A stretch of DNA of 64,000 nt, from the NCBI GenBank assembly GCA_049322655.1, contig JBMORP010000006.1, forward strand, positions 448,410 to 512,409, written 5' to 3'. Position 1 is the stretch's first letter; each line of letters starts with the position of its first letter. Position numbers and translations under genes: made by a program. This DNA is from Patescibacteria group bacterium. GTDB taxonomy: Bacteria > Patescibacteriota > Microgenomatia > UBA1400 > PJMF01. Below the pieces are notes generated by a model. That model did no database searches. It was not told the DNA's origin and worked only from the letters and a program-made list of their open reading frames with translations. Shown piece by piece: positions 9,788 through 20,021 of the stretch.

Positions 9788-11026
9788 ATGAAGAAGAACG
9801 TCCTCTTTGCTATGGCAGTCATGATGATTGCCCCAACGGTGTTGCTTGCTGCCTGCAGTGGCTCAACACCTGAAGATATGTCCCTTGGTACAGCAAGCGG
9901 CGACTACGTTGCCCCAATGCTCCAAACAGTTCGTGTTGGCGGCACAGTTGCTGATGGCATCACCCTCGCTGTGGTTGCCGTGATTGTCGCTCTGATTGCT
10001 TCAGTGGCGGTATTCTTCGCTGTCAGATACTTCCGCGACCAGAACATGGTTAAAGGCGGTGGTATTGCAATGCCGATTTTCCTATCAGTGATGACTTTTG
10101 TGGTGGTGGCTGGGCTGATTTTCGGTCCTGGTTACTTCCGTAATTCTTATGTCGTCATTGACCAAGGCTCGGTGGGTGTGCAACTCAACCAGGGTAAAGC
10201 CGTTGGTACGCTCAACCCCGGTCCCCACTTTATTATTGGCTACCGAGACCAAGTGGTCATCTTCACTACCAGAGAATTCACTTTCTCTACCAACAGTAGC
10301 CCCCATGAACACGGTTCAGAACACTATCGAACCTGGGATATGGATGTCAATACTGCTGATGGTGTTGATGGTGATATTCCCTTCCAGCTCAGGCTGAAAG
10401 TCAACGCTTCTGATGCAATGGCTCTCTACGAAGAGTATGGCACGCTGGAAAATGCCATCGTTGGCGTAATCAAGACGCCAGCTCTCGAAGAAGCCCGCAA
10501 CGTTACCCGGAATAAAACGGCAGAACAGTTGATGACCAACATCGACGCCTACAATTCTACCGTCCAAGACCTGATTACGGCGGAAGCCGATGGCTTCATC
10601 ACCGTGATTTCTTTCGGTTTTCGCCAGCCAGACATGGGCGAATGGCAGGCTGAACGCAGTAAGGCTCAAACCGCACTGCAAACTGCCATCTACGAAGAGA
10701 ACCAAGAACAGGTCGTTCAACACCAGGAAAACCAACGCGTAATCAAAGCCCAAGCCACAGCCGACATCGCAATCATCAACTCGCAACAGGCAGCCGATTC
10801 AGCCGTTATCGCGGCAGAAGGGCAAGCTGAAGCAGACAAGATTGCGGCTGATGCAAAAGCCTACGTTATCCTGACAGAAGCGGCAGCGGAAGCCGAAGCT
10901 AACACCCTGGTCAGTGCCAGCTTGACGCCGGCGCTGATTGAATACATCAAGTGGGGTACAAAGTGGAATGGCGATGTTCCATCCACTGTCCTCGATGATG
11001 GAACAGGCGTGTTCATCACCCCATAA
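9788..11026 (+). CDS. SPFH/band-7 (prohibitin-like) membrane protein with lipoprotein-type signal peptide
   Basis: MKKN...LLAAC lipobox, two further hydrophobic helices, GxVGV...LNPGPHF SPFH start, AEGQAEA/AEAEAN coiled coil, KWNG end. GGAG SD before ATG 9788. Visibly more GC-rich than neighbours. Confidence 0.85.
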   Translation: MKKNVLFAMAVMMIAPTVLLAACSGSTPEDMSLGTASGDYVAPMLQTVRVGGTVADGITLAVVAVIVALIASVAVFFAVRYFRDQNMVKGGGIAMPIFLSVMTFVVVAGLIFGPGYFRNSYVVIDQGSVGVQLNQGKAVGTLNPGPHFIIGYRDQVVIFTTREFTFSTNSSPHEHGSEHYRTWDMDVNTADGVDGDIPFQLRLKVNASDAMALYEEYGTLENAIVGVIKTPALEEARNVTRNKTAEQLMTNIDAYNSTVQDLITAEADGFITVISFGFRQPDMGEWQAERSKAQTALQTAIYEENQEQVVQHQENQRVIKAQATADIAIINSQQAADSAVIAAEGQAEADKIAADAKAYVILTEAAAEAEANTLVSASLTPALIEYIKWGTKWNGDVPSTVLDDGTGVFITP

Positions 11027-11045
11027 GCGAACCAATCTTCAGATG

Positions 11046-11072
11046 GTGGACCGGCGAAAGCCGGTCCACTTT
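11046..11072 (+). terminator. Terminator hairpin after the SPFH gene
   Basis: Perfect 10-bp stem GTGGACCGGC-GAAA-GCCGGTCCAC followed by TTT. Confidence 0.75.
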
Positions 11073-11111
11073 CAAGAGTTTTTAATTTATTTTGAAAACT
11101 GTTGAGAGATT

Positions 11112-11139
11112 AAAATACCCACCTAACAGTGGGTTTTTT
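11112..11139. terminator. Second (bidirectional) terminator between convergent genes
   Basis: AAAATACCCAC...GTGGGTTTTTT. Confidence 0.55.
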
Positions 11140-11144
11140 AGTAC

Positions 11145-11405
11145 CTAATTTGCTAATTCATCTCCTTTAAAAAAGATATCTACTTCATGATCTACGGTGG
11201 TAAAAGCATTCTCGTGGTCTGTTGCACTACTCATAGCTACTCTGGTTGTTACTACATTTTTTGCTGTAGCCTCATACAAAACTTGATTGCACGCCCAACA
11301 CCACACCACCATTTCATGACTAGCTAGGGCTTGCCGAACCTCCTCAGGAACTAGTTGCTCCCAAGTTATTGGTTGACTGATTTCCTCTGTTGCTGCCATA
11401 ACCAA
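11145..11405 (-). CDS. Small hypothetical protein with CxxC...H...H (possible Zn-binding)
   Basis: ORF overlaps the end of the upstream gene; GGAGG SD before ATG 11399; WCWAC and DHE...DHEV. Confidence 0.5.
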   Translation of the reverse strand: MVMAATEEISQPITWEQLVPEEVRQALASHEMVVWCWACNQVLYEATAKNVVTTRVAMSSATDHENAFTTVDHEVDIFFKGDELAN

Positions 11406-13762
11406 CCTCCCAATCCCAACAAAGTTAAACTACTAATTATTAAACTGACAACAAACAACCTGGGATAGTAAACAAAGCTAATCTGTTCAGCTCCATCACT
11501 CAAGCTAACTCTTCTCATCTGATTAAAATTTTCTATTGGTTGTTCTTGGCCATTTACAAATACTCGCCAGTCTTGATCATAGCGATCGGCCATAATCAAA
11601 TACTGGTGGTCTTGGCTGTTAATGTGCAAATCAATCCTACTGGGATTTTCTGCTTTGATTACAATCCCGTCACTACTGCCATCTTCAAATCTAAACCTAG
11701 ATAAAGCAGTTGGTCTTGCTAAAACTTGCCACCTTGCTTCACTTTTGATCTCTCCAGCTCCTCCTACTAACTCAACTTTACCTACCCCACCAACTCGTTC
11801 AAAGGCACTTAAATCCTCTTCTACTTTGAACCAACTATCTACCAAGTAATATTTCACTGCCCATTCATCCAACAACCGATTGCTGGGCTCAATTTCATCT
11901 ACAAAATTAATTCTTGGGCTAGCAGAAGTTTGCCATAAGTGTGCAAAGTCTTGTGGCAACAAAGTCGTGTAACCATGAATAGTAGAGACCCCAAACACCA
12001 TGTTCCAATTGGGCGTCATGCCATCACGTAAATTCTGAACATGCTTAAACTCTTTCAATTCTTGGTCATCCACAAAAGAATCAGAAAATGGTTTGCGCAC
12101 CACCATCGCTTCCCAATAAGAACCATAATCGGTGTAAGGAGTATTAACATTACGAGTTAAAATTCGGTAGTTAGTTTTAGTTTCTTCCAGTCCCAATTGC
12201 GCCATTAATTGATCGGAGTTGGCTGTAACAGAGTCGTAGATTTTATTGGGTGCAAAATAAAACATTCCTTGAGTGTTAACTAAAATCTCTAATATTAAAA
12301 TCGTGATAACAATTCGGTTTTTTTTCTGGTAAAAAAAGTACAATGATGCAATAAAGAAAATACTGTTAAATAAAATGTTTTTTGCTATTTCGAGTAAAAT
12401 AATTTTATCTCGCTCTAGGGTATGAAAGGGGCTACTAGAAAGCGAAGAAGAAGCGAACTTATCAATGATCTTCCAAGCCGATTCAAACCCGTACTGCCAC
12501 ACTCCCAAACCAACTAATCCAACCACCAGTCCTCCCACTCCCAAACTTAAAAATAAACGATATTGTTGAGTTGTCATTTGCCAGCTCTTTAATGCTTTCA
12601 CTGTCCACAAAATCACCACAACATTGGTCATAATCATTACCATGCTGGGATAACGAGCCACTCTAAATAATGGAAAAATCTGTTGAAAAAAATTAAATCC
12701 TGGTAAGTACTCACCTAGTGAAAAGATTAATGTCACTACGATAAAAATACTAAATAAAATCATTTCGCGATCAAGTTTTTTTAACCAAGTTTTCGATTTG
12801 CTAAATAGACTTTGAATAAAAGTTATCCCAATTGCTAACCAGCCCAACCACGTCACATAAATTCCCACATTAGGTTGGCCATTCCAAGCTGGCCCCCACT
12901 TCATACCCACAGCCGGATTATCAAAAAAGTAAGGTAAGAAAAACTTGATCAACATCGCTGGGTTTAATGAGCCAACTAAAGCTTGCTCTGCTGTTTGCTC
13001 CATCCTGGTGGAGTTTACTAACATCTGGACAAACGGCAACCAGGCGGCTGCAGAAACTAATAACACCAAACCAGCAGTAATACTCCATGCCTTTAGCCAC
13101 TTTATCAAGTTGAGTTTTTTAGCTTGGAAAGATATGAAAGCAGATAATAAAACAGCCAAACCAATGCCATATAAAACATGTTGAGGATAACCACCCCAGA
13201 ATTGTAAGGCCACAATCACACTAAACCAAACTCTGCTCTTTGGTGCTTTAACTAACTGCAACCCCAAATATGACAACCAGGGCAACCAAACAATTGACTG
13301 CAACGTAGAAAAATTATTCATACTGCCACTTACCTGGGTTGAGAACATCCACAGCCCGCCAGCCAAAATTGCCCACCAATGATCTTTGAACCAAAGCTTG
13401 GCTAGTAGATACATGCCACTATAAGCAATTAATGCGTGAGAAATTAACAGTAAATTCAAAGCAACAGCTGGAGAAAAAATTAAAAACAACAACGTACTGG
13501 GATAAAGTACCGATTGATTGATATCTGCCACCCACGGCATCCCAGCAAAAACATACGGGTTCCAGAGTGGTAAAACTCCTTGTTTGAGCCACTCTGCCGT
13601 AAAGATTTTGCCTGGCATCATTAGTGAATAATTGTCGCCAAAAACTAAAGTTTTTCCGAATAAAAAGGGTAAAAATCTGAGAACAATAAATATAAGAAAG
13701 ACCAACCAAAATTGAGATTTTTCTTTTCGAAAATATTTCTGACAACTAGCAAGTAAATTCAT
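11366..13762 (-). CDS. YfhO-family GT-C membrane glycosyltransferase
   Basis: GDN...PLWNPYxFxGMP...YP, many TM helices, C-terminal D(x)W..VNG domain. Confidence 0.85.
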   Translation of the reverse strand: MNLLASCQKYFRKEKSQFWLVFLIFIVLRFLPFLFGKTLVFGDNYSLMMPGKIFTAEWLKQGVLPLWNPYVFAGMPWVADINQSVLYPSTLLFLIFSPAVALNLLLISHALIAYSGMYLLAKLWFKDHWWAILAGGLWMFSTQVSGSMNNFSTLQSIVWLPWLSYLGLQLVKAPKSRVWFSVIVALQFWGGYPQHVLYGIGLAVLLSAFISFQAKKLNLIKWLKAWSITAGLVLLVSAAAWLPFVQMLVNSTRMEQTAEQALVGSLNPAMLIKFFLPYFFDNPAVGMKWGPAWNGQPNVGIYVTWLGWLAIGITFIQSLFSKSKTWLKKLDREMILFSIFIVVTLIFSLGEYLPGFNFFQQIFPLFRVARYPSMVMIMTNVVVILWTVKALKSWQMTTQQYRLFLSLGVGGLVVGLVGLGVWQYGFESAWKIIDKFASSSLSSSPFHTLERDKIILLEIAKNILFNSIFFIASLYFFYQKKNRIVITILILEILVNTQGMFYFAPNKIYDSVTANSDQLMAQLGLEETKTNYRILTRNVNTPYTDYGSYWEAMVVRKPFSDSFVDDQELKEFKHVQNLRDGMTPNWNMVFGVSTIHGYTTLLPQDFAHLWQTSASPRINFVDEIEPSNRLLDEWAVKYYLVDSWFKVEEDLSAFERVGGVGKVELVGGAGEIKSEARWQVLARPTALSRFRFEDGSSDGIVIKAENPSRIDLHINSQDHQYLIMADRYDQDWRVFVNGQEQPIENFNQMRRVSLSDGAEQISFVYYPRLFVVSLIISSLTLLGLGGWLWQQQRKSVNQ

Positions 13763-13777
13763 AATTTTAATTTCTGT

Positions 13778-14473
13778 TTACGGCAAAATCCGCAAACCAA
13801 AAATCACCCGCAAAGCATCAATCCCATCACGCCACGAAATTTTCTTACCTTCAGAAAAATCACGACCGACATAGGTAATCGGTACTTCAAAAATCTTCAC
13901 TCCTCTTTTTAGGAGTTTGCAGGTAATTTCTGGCTCCATATCGAATTTATTGGATTGAATATCTAACTCACGAAAAAGTTTTGTTGGTAAAACTTTATAA
14001 CAAGTCTCCATATCAGTGAGTGTAGTATCGTACAAAATATTAACCAAAAAATTCAGCAAACTATTACCCAACCGATGCCAAAACAACAAATTAGAGTGTG
14101 GCCCAATAAAGCGTGAGCCATAAACTACATCTACTCTTCCTTTGATAATATGTTCTATTAAAGCTGGAATATCACTTGGGTCATACTCCAAATCTGCATC
14201 TTGAATAAGGGTGTAATCACCAGTGACTTTCTTTAAACCAAAACGAATAGCTGAACCCTTGCCACCATTTGTCTTTTTAAGGTAAGAAATCTTCTTTACC
14301 CCTTTTTTCTTTGACTGTAAAAATTTATTGATTTCTTTGTCAGTGTTATCAGAACTACCATCATTAACCACAATTACTTCTTTAACTACTGGCACCACGA
14401 TTAATCTTTTCAAGATCTCTGCTACCGTTGCTTGCTCGTTATAAACTGGGACAATTACCGAAAGTTTCATCAC
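13778..14473 (-). CDS. GT2 polyprenol-phosphate glycosyltransferase (DPM1-like)
   Basis: LSVIVPVYNE, VNDGSSD, GKG, QDADLEYDP, TDMETCYK. Confidence 0.9.
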   Translation of the reverse strand: MMKLSVIVPVYNEQATVAEILKRLIVVPVVKEVIVVNDGSSDNTDKEINKFLQSKKKGVKKISYLKKTNGGKGSAIRFGLKKVTGDYTLIQDADLEYDPSDIPALIEHIIKGRVDVVYGSRFIGPHSNLLFWHRLGNSLLNFLVNILYDTTLTDMETCYKVLPTKLFRELDIQSNKFDMEPEITCKLLKRGVKIFEVPITYVGRDFSEGKKISWRDGIDALRVIFGLRILP

Positions 14474-14524
14474 CTGAGCATAGCAAGTTTTTTAAAAATT
14501 GGGGAGATGATTTATTTCTAAAAT

Positions 14525-14550
14525 AAAAAAGGCCCCGCTTTCGCGAGGCC
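14525..14550 (-). terminator. Intrinsic terminator of dnaK
   Basis: GGCC(C)CGC-TTTC-GCG(A)GGCC stem with a U-tract on the minus strand. Confidence 0.7.
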
Positions 14551-14577
14551 ATCCATGTTCTGCAAACTTAAAGTTTG

Positions 14578-16503
14578 TTATTCCTCAACTACTTCACCTT
14601 CCTCAGCATCTTTCTTATCACCAGCTTTTTCTGCTTTTTTATTGCCCTTTTCATCTTTGCCAGCCTCTTTATTAGCTTCAGCCGCTTGTGCCTTTTGCAT
14701 CGCTTCGCCTAATTTCTGAGCTGAAGTCAAAGTTTCTTCCGTGGCTTTATCCAAAGCTTCTTTGGTAACATCATCTTTTTCTGCCATCTCTTTGAGTTTT
14801 TTAACATTCTCTTCGATGACTTCTTTATCTTTCTTATCCAACTTATCACCATAATCTTTGAGCTGTTTCTCCATTTCAAAAGCAACACTAGTGGCCTTAT
14901 TTTTGGTTTCAATCAACTCTTTCTTCTTTTTATCTTCTTCAGCGTGTTTCTCAGCATCAGCCTTCATTTTTTCAACTTCATCATCAGATAAATTAGTGCT
15001 GTTCTGAATAGTGATCTTTTGCTCTTTGCCAGAAGTTTTATCTTTAGCAGAAACATTCAAGATGCCACTTGAGTCAATATCAAAAGTGACTTCAACTTGA
15101 GGCACTCCTCTAGGTGCTGGAGGAATTCCATCCAAAACAAATCGACCCAAACTTTTGTTATCAGCAGCCATTTCTCTTTCACCCTGCAAGACATTGATCT
15201 CAACTTGGGTTTGATTATCAGCTGCCGTAGAGAAAACCTGTGATTTACTGGTGGGAATAGTGGTATTTCTTTCAATCAAAGGAGTTCGAATCCCACCCAG
15301 AGTCTCAAGACCCAGGGTTAGCGGGGTAACATCAAGTAATACCACATCAGAAACATCCCCACCAATTACTCCGGCTTGAATAGCAGCCCCAATGGCTACT
15401 ACTTCATCTGGATTTACCCCCTTATGTGGATCTTTACCAAAGAATTTCTTCACTTCCTCCTGAATCCTAGGCATTCTAGTTTGCCCACCAACCAAAATCA
15501 CATCACCAATATCCTTGGCTTCAAGCTTGGCGTCTCTTAAGGCTTTTTTAACCGGCTCAAAAGATTTTTTAACCAAGTCATCAACTAATTCTTCCAGTTT
15601 TGATCTAGTTAAAGTCATAGTTAAATGAAGAGGTTGACCAGCATCACCTTGTGCAATAAAAGGTTGGTTTATTTCTGTTTGTTGGGCAGAAGACAGTTCA
15701 ATTTTAGCTTTTTCGGCACTGTCTTTAATGCGTTGCATCGCTTGAGGATCTTTGGCTAAATCTTTACCATGTTCTTTCTTAAACTCAGCCAAAACATACT
15801 CGATAATAGCATTATCAAAGTCATCACCACCCAAGAAAGTATCACCATTGGTTGATTTGACTTCAAAAACACCATCACCAATCTCCAAAATCGAGATATC
15901 AAAAGTACCACCACCCAAATCATAAACTGCGATGGTCTTACTGCCTTTTTTGTCCAAACCATAAGCTAAAGCCGCTGCGGTTGGCTCATTAACAATCCGT
16001 TCTACCTTCAAACCAGCAATCTCACCAGCTTGTTTGGTAGCTTGGCGTTGAGAATCATCAAAGTAGGCTGGCACAGTAATCACCGCTCTAGTCACAGTTT
16101 CACCTAAATAACTTTCAGCATCAGCCTTAGCTTTAGCCAATACTTTAGCAGAGATTTCTTGAGGAGTTAAAGTTTTACCACTCACCTTAACCACCGCCAT
16201 TCCATCTTTACCATCAGTCACTTCGTAAGCAATATGTTTCAAAGCATTTTTCACTTCTTTATCACCAGCTTTACGACCCATGAAACGTTTCACTGAATGA
16301 ACTGTCGAAGTTGGGTTCATTACCATTTGTCGCTTAGCCGCGTCACCGACAATTACTTCATCACCTTTGAAAGCAATAATTGAAGGAAAAGTATTTCTTC
16401 CTTCTGCGGTTGCGATAATTTTGGGGGAGCCACCTTCCATCACTGCCACTGCAGAGTTGGTGGTTCCAAGATCAATACCAATGATTTTTCCAGAGTCTGC
16501 CAT
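14578..16503 (-). CDS. dnaK: Chaperone DnaK (Hsp70)
   Basis: [32 protein letters not shown]. Confidence 0.99.
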   Translation of the reverse strand: MADSGKIIGIDLGTTNSAVAVMEGGSPKIIATAEGRNTFPSIIAFKGDEVIVGDAAKRQMVMNPTSTVHSVKRFMGRKAGDKEVKNALKHIAYEVTDGKDGMAVVKVSGKTLTPQEISAKVLAKAKADAESYLGETVTRAVITVPAYFDDSQRQATKQAGEIAGLKVERIVNEPTAAALAYGLDKKGSKTIAVYDLGGGTFDISILEIGDGVFEVKSTNGDTFLGGDDFDNAIIEYVLAEFKKEHGKDLAKDPQAMQRIKDSAEKAKIELSSAQQTEINQPFIAQGDAGQPLHLTMTLTRSKLEELVDDLVKKSFEPVKKALRDAKLEAKDIGDVILVGGQTRMPRIQEEVKKFFGKDPHKGVNPDEVVAIGAAIQAGVIGGDVSDVVLLDVTPLTLGLETLGGIRTPLIERNTTIPTSKSQVFSTAADNQTQVEINVLQGEREMAADNKSLGRFVLDGIPPAPRGVPQVEVTFDIDSSGILNVSAKDKTSGKEQKITIQNSTNLSDDEVEKMKADAEKHAEEDKKKKELIETKNKATSVAFEMEKQLKDYGDKLDKKDKEVIEENVKKLKEMAEKDDVTKEALDKATEETLTSAQKLGEAMQKAQAAEANKEAGKDEKGNKKAEKAGDKKDAEEGEVVEE

Positions 16504-16569
16504 ATTTCCTCCTTATGTTTATTTTTTTGCAAATATTTACTAATTAATAATTGTTATTTGTACTATATT

Positions 16570-16596
16570 TTAGCAAACAAGTCAAATGACTGCTAG
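16570..16596. promoter_or_regulatory. CIRCE-like HrcA operator upstream of dnaK
   Basis: TTAGCAAAC-N9-GACTGCTAG overlapping a minus-strand TTGACT. Confidence 0.7.
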
Positions 16597-16622
16597 CATA
16601 AGTTTGATATTGGTGCTGAGAG

Positions 16623-17075
16623 TTATGCCAAGGTTACTTTAGCGTGCTGAATCACTACTCCGTTAAGTTTGTAACCTTTGCGCACCACTTCAATCACTTT
16701 ATTGCCTTGACCTTTTTTTTCAACTGCCTCCATTAAATTAACATCAAAATCTTTTCCCATCACTTCAATTTCTTCCAAGCCAGCATTGACTAAAACTTTC
16801 TTTAACTGGTCTAAAACCATATTCAAACCTGGATCGTTAAGTTGAGCAGCTGCCATTTCCAAATGTTCTAAAGGTTGAATTAGATCTTCCATTAATGATT
16901 GATTTGCTAATTTAATACCTTTCAACCGTTCTTCTTGAGTACGTCTCAATAAATTCTGATAATCAGCCAAAGATCTTTTTTCTTTTTCTGAAGCAACCTT
17001 AAGCTGTTCTTCCAAAGCAAGAAGCTTAACTTCAAGTTTCTTATCTTGGTTGGTTGGTGATGTTGTTTTTTTCAT
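16623..17075 (-). CDS. grpE: Nucleotide exchange factor GrpE
   Basis: LADYQNLLRR, FD..LMEAV, KGY.L...VI.HAKV; between hrcA and dnaK. Confidence 0.93.
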   Translation of the reverse strand: MKKTTSPTNQDKKLEVKLLALEEQLKVASEKEKRSLADYQNLLRRTQEERLKGIKLANQSLMEDLIQPLEHLEMAAAQLNDPGLNMVLDQLKKVLVNAGLEEIEVMGKDFDVNLMEAVEKKGQGNKVIEVVRKGYKLNGVVIQHAKVTLA

Positions 17076-17160
17076 AATTTCAAAGTAAAAGAAAAATGCC
17101 CCAGCCCCTAATGGGGTTACCTCATACTAACCTGACACTTTTCGTAACAAATTTGTTAAT

Positions 17161-17886
17161 TTACCCTGCTATTTCTTCAATTAACCCTTTAAAGTACTTT
17201 AACATTGGAATGACATATGGATAGTCAAAACGGTGAGAACCAAGCACCCCTAGTTTGCAAGGTCTACCTGCAGCATTGACATTAGTGTAAATAACACTAA
17301 TTGGTTCTAAGTTTTTATTTCCCAACTCTTTGCCATAGACCAAGTGAACTAGGTTTTCACTTTGACCAAGACCAAAAACTTCCTTAATCATATCAACTTC
17401 TTCAATTAGGTTAAGCACATTCCTAGTCACTCTAATGTCAAAAAACTCTGGCATATTAAGTAAGTTGGCATAACCAGAGTGGTAAATTCGATGATCAGTA
17501 TCAGACATAGCCAAACCAACCGCTCCAGATTTATCAGCCAATAACTTCGCTGCCTCATAAAGTAAAGCATCTGTTTCTTGGCGATGTTTCCAGATCTTTT
17601 CTTTGGCGCTGACTTCATCAGCGACTGATAACTCTTTTTCTTTCATTAATTCATTAACATAAAGACGTAAAGCCAGAGGAGTAGGAATTCTGCCAGCAGA
17701 AATATGTGATTTTCTAAGATAACCCTGTTTAGTCAAGTAAACCATTTCATTACGAATCGTAGCTGGAGAAACACCAATATTGTATTTTTTATCAATCGTC
17801 TCAGAACCAACTGGCTTAGCAGTTTCGATAAATTCCTCGATAATAGCCCGTAAAATTTGTATCTGGCGCGCGACGAGATCGATCAT
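17161..17886 (-). CDS. hrcA: Heat-inducible transcription repressor HrcA (short form)
   Basis: RQ..IL..II..FI....PVGS, SPATIRNEM, HISAGRIPT, LGVLG...FDY. Confidence 0.93.
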   Translation of the reverse strand: MIDLVARQIQILRAIIEEFIETAKPVGSETIDKKYNIGVSPATIRNEMVYLTKQGYLRKSHISAGRIPTPLALRLYVNELMKEKELSVADEVSAKEKIWKHRQETDALLYEAAKLLADKSGAVGLAMSDTDHRIYHSGYANLLNMPEFFDIRVTRNVLNLIEEVDMIKEVFGLGQSENLVHLVYGKELGNKNLEPISVIYTNVNAAGRPCKLGVLGSHRFDYPYVIPMLKYFKGLIEEIAG

Positions 17887-17889
17887 ATA

Positions 17890-17924
17890 TTAGCAATAAT
17901 AAGGGCTGAGTGCTAGGAAGTCAA
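17890..17924. promoter_or_regulatory. CIRCE operator (17890-17916) overlapping the hrcA promoter
   Basis: TTAGCAATA-N9-GAGTGCTAG; minus strand TTGACT-N17-TATTAT. Confidence 0.8.
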
Positions 17925-17934
17925 TAGTTTGCAG

Positions 17935-19059
17935 CTATTTGGCCAAAATAGAGTCAATAGCCTGCTTAATTCCCCGATTGAATTGTTCTTTACCAAAGTT
18001 CTTTGCCCATTCTTTGATTTTTGAACTAGAAAACTGACTATTATTGAAATCTTTAACTGCTGCTTTTAAGCCTGAGACCGTTAAATCTGTAAAAACAATT
18101 CCTGTTTTACCATTCACTACCGTTTCTCTGGGACCACCAGAATCATGAGCAATGACTGGTGTGCCATAAAGCATTGCCTCTACCGGCACCATTCCAAAAT
18201 CCTCATACTCAACCGGGTAAAGCAGAGCTTTTGCTTCCTGATACAACTTGGTTAAAGTTTCATCAGAAACTGCACCTAAAAACTCAACATTATCACCGGC
18301 GATTTGCTGTAATTTATTAAGCATTTTACCTGTTCCCACAACCTTAAGAGGTAGCTTTAACTCAGTACAAGCTTGTACTGCCAATTCTGGATGCTTAGCT
18401 AAAGCCAAGCGATTAACATATAAAAAATAATCACCTTTTTTAGTTTGAACTGGCTGCTGAACTGTTAAAAAAACAGGTGGATAGACAATTTCTGCATTTA
18501 GACGATAAAATTTTTTAATTCTACTGGCAGTTTCTTGGGAATTAGCTATGAACAAATCGACTCTTTCTCTAGAAATCTTAACATCAACTATTCTCATAAA
18601 ATGATTAAGAAGCTGGCCAGCAAACTTCATCAAGGGATTACTTTGCCAATCACTCATTGCCGAATAACCATAAAGAACTCGAGGAGGTGTGTGACAGTAA
18701 CAAATGTGCTTGCCATTTTTGACTTTTACTGCCTTAGCAAAGTAAGCATTAGAAGAAGAAATCACCAAATCATAAGCGGATAAATCTAATGATGCAAAAG
18801 CCCATGGAGCCAAAAATCTGAGCGGAGAATAAAGCTTTTTGAATAGTGGCAATTTGGCTAACCAAGTTTCTCTAACATCCCAATCAACAAACCGCCCGGC
18901 ATGGACTCCCAAAGCTTTTCGATCAAAAAATGCTGTATAAACTGGAGCCTCAGGATAAAGTTGATGTAAGGCTTCAAGCACTCTTTCTGCACCTCCAAAT
19001 TCACGCAAATAATCGTGAACCAAAGCGACTTTAAGAGATTGATTAGTTACTGAACTCAT
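17935..19059 (-). CDS. GT4 family glycosyltransferase
   Basis: VALVHDYL..GGAE, YCHTPPR, EDFGMVPVEAM. Confidence 0.92.
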   Translation of the reverse strand: MSSVTNQSLKVALVHDYLREFGGAERVLEALHQLYPEAPVYTAFFDRKALGVHAGRFVDWDVRETWLAKLPLFKKLYSPLRFLAPWAFASLDLSAYDLVISSSNAYFAKAVKVKNGKHICYCHTPPRVLYGYSAMSDWQSNPLMKFAGQLLNHFMRIVDVKISRERVDLFIANSQETASRIKKFYRLNAEIVYPPVFLTVQQPVQTKKGDYFLYVNRLALAKHPELAVQACTELKLPLKVVGTGKMLNKLQQIAGDNVEFLGAVSDETLTKLYQEAKALLYPVEYEDFGMVPVEAMLYGTPVIAHDSGGPRETVVNGKTGIVFTDLTVSGLKAAVKDFNNSQFSSSKIKEWAKNFGKEQFNRGIKQAIDSILAK

Positions 19060-19988
19060 TAAAACAAGGCCTCCTGTACCGATGTCTCAAAAGTATCTTG
19101 AGGTAATATTCTAATAAGTGATTTAAAATCCAAATCAATAAATAACTGAGCAACTTTTTCCTTGTCATAAGAATTCACCAAGCAATCATTCAGGGCAAAC
19201 TCAATTGGTGCCGCTGTCACAATCGTGGCTAAACTTTTACTAGCGAAGGCATTGCTTTTGTCTGCTAGTAATTTTTTCTTAACTAATGGAGTAAAGACTG
19301 GATCCTCAACTCCAGTTTCTAAAGCTTGATAAACTCCTTCAACTGTTCCAAACCTTTGAATCAACGCACTCGCTGTTTTGGGACCAATTCCTTTTACACC
19401 AGGAATATTATCTGAACTGTCACCCATTAATCCCTTTAAGTCTGGAACTTGTGCCGGCATCACACCGAGTTTCTCCGTTACTGCTTGAATATCATACTCC
19501 TTATCCTGTTGAAACTTACCTCTAGCTGGTAAATAAACATGAGTATCATTATCAACTAGTTGCAACATATCTTTATCGCCAGTTAAAATTACTGTTAGCA
19601 ACTTTTTATCTAGTGTTTCTACCTTACGATTGATTGTACCGATCAAATCATCCGCCTCGAAACCTTCAACTTCAAATTGGGGAATATTCAAAGCCTTAAC
19701 CACTTCTTTAATCATTTCTACCTGAGGTTGGAGCTCTTCTGGCATCGTTGGTCGATTTGCTTTGTAATCAGCAAACTCTTTGTGTCTGTTGGTAGGTTTA
19801 GGATGGTCAAAAGCCACCGCAATATGAGTTGGTTCTTGTTTATTGATCACTGTTAATAAAATTCTGGAAAAGCCATAAACGGCGTTAATTAATTGACCAG
19901 TCTTAGTGGTTAATTCTTTAGGAAAACCATAAAACGAGCGATAAATCAAAGCATGACCATCAACTAATAAAAAAGTCTTTCGTTCCAT
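19059..19988 (-). CDS. Stand-alone 5'-3' exonuclease / flap endonuclease (PolA N-terminal domain)
   Basis: LVDGHALIYR, YKANR, EADD, TGDKD, GDSSDNIPGVKGIGPKTA. Confidence 0.92.
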   Translation of the reverse strand: MERKTFLLVDGHALIYRSFYGFPKELTTKTGQLINAVYGFSRILLTVINKQEPTHIAVAFDHPKPTNRHKEFADYKANRPTMPEELQPQVEMIKEVVKALNIPQFEVEGFEADDLIGTINRKVETLDKKLLTVILTGDKDMLQLVDNDTHVYLPARGKFQQDKEYDIQAVTEKLGVMPAQVPDLKGLMGDSSDNIPGVKGIGPKTASALIQRFGTVEGVYQALETGVEDPVFTPLVKKKLLADKSNAFASKSLATIVTAAPIEFALNDCLVNSYDKEKVAQLFIDLDFKSLIRILPQDTFETSVQEALF

Positions 19989-20021
19989 AGTAATTAACTA
20001 TTTTACCAGGTTGGGTTTTTT

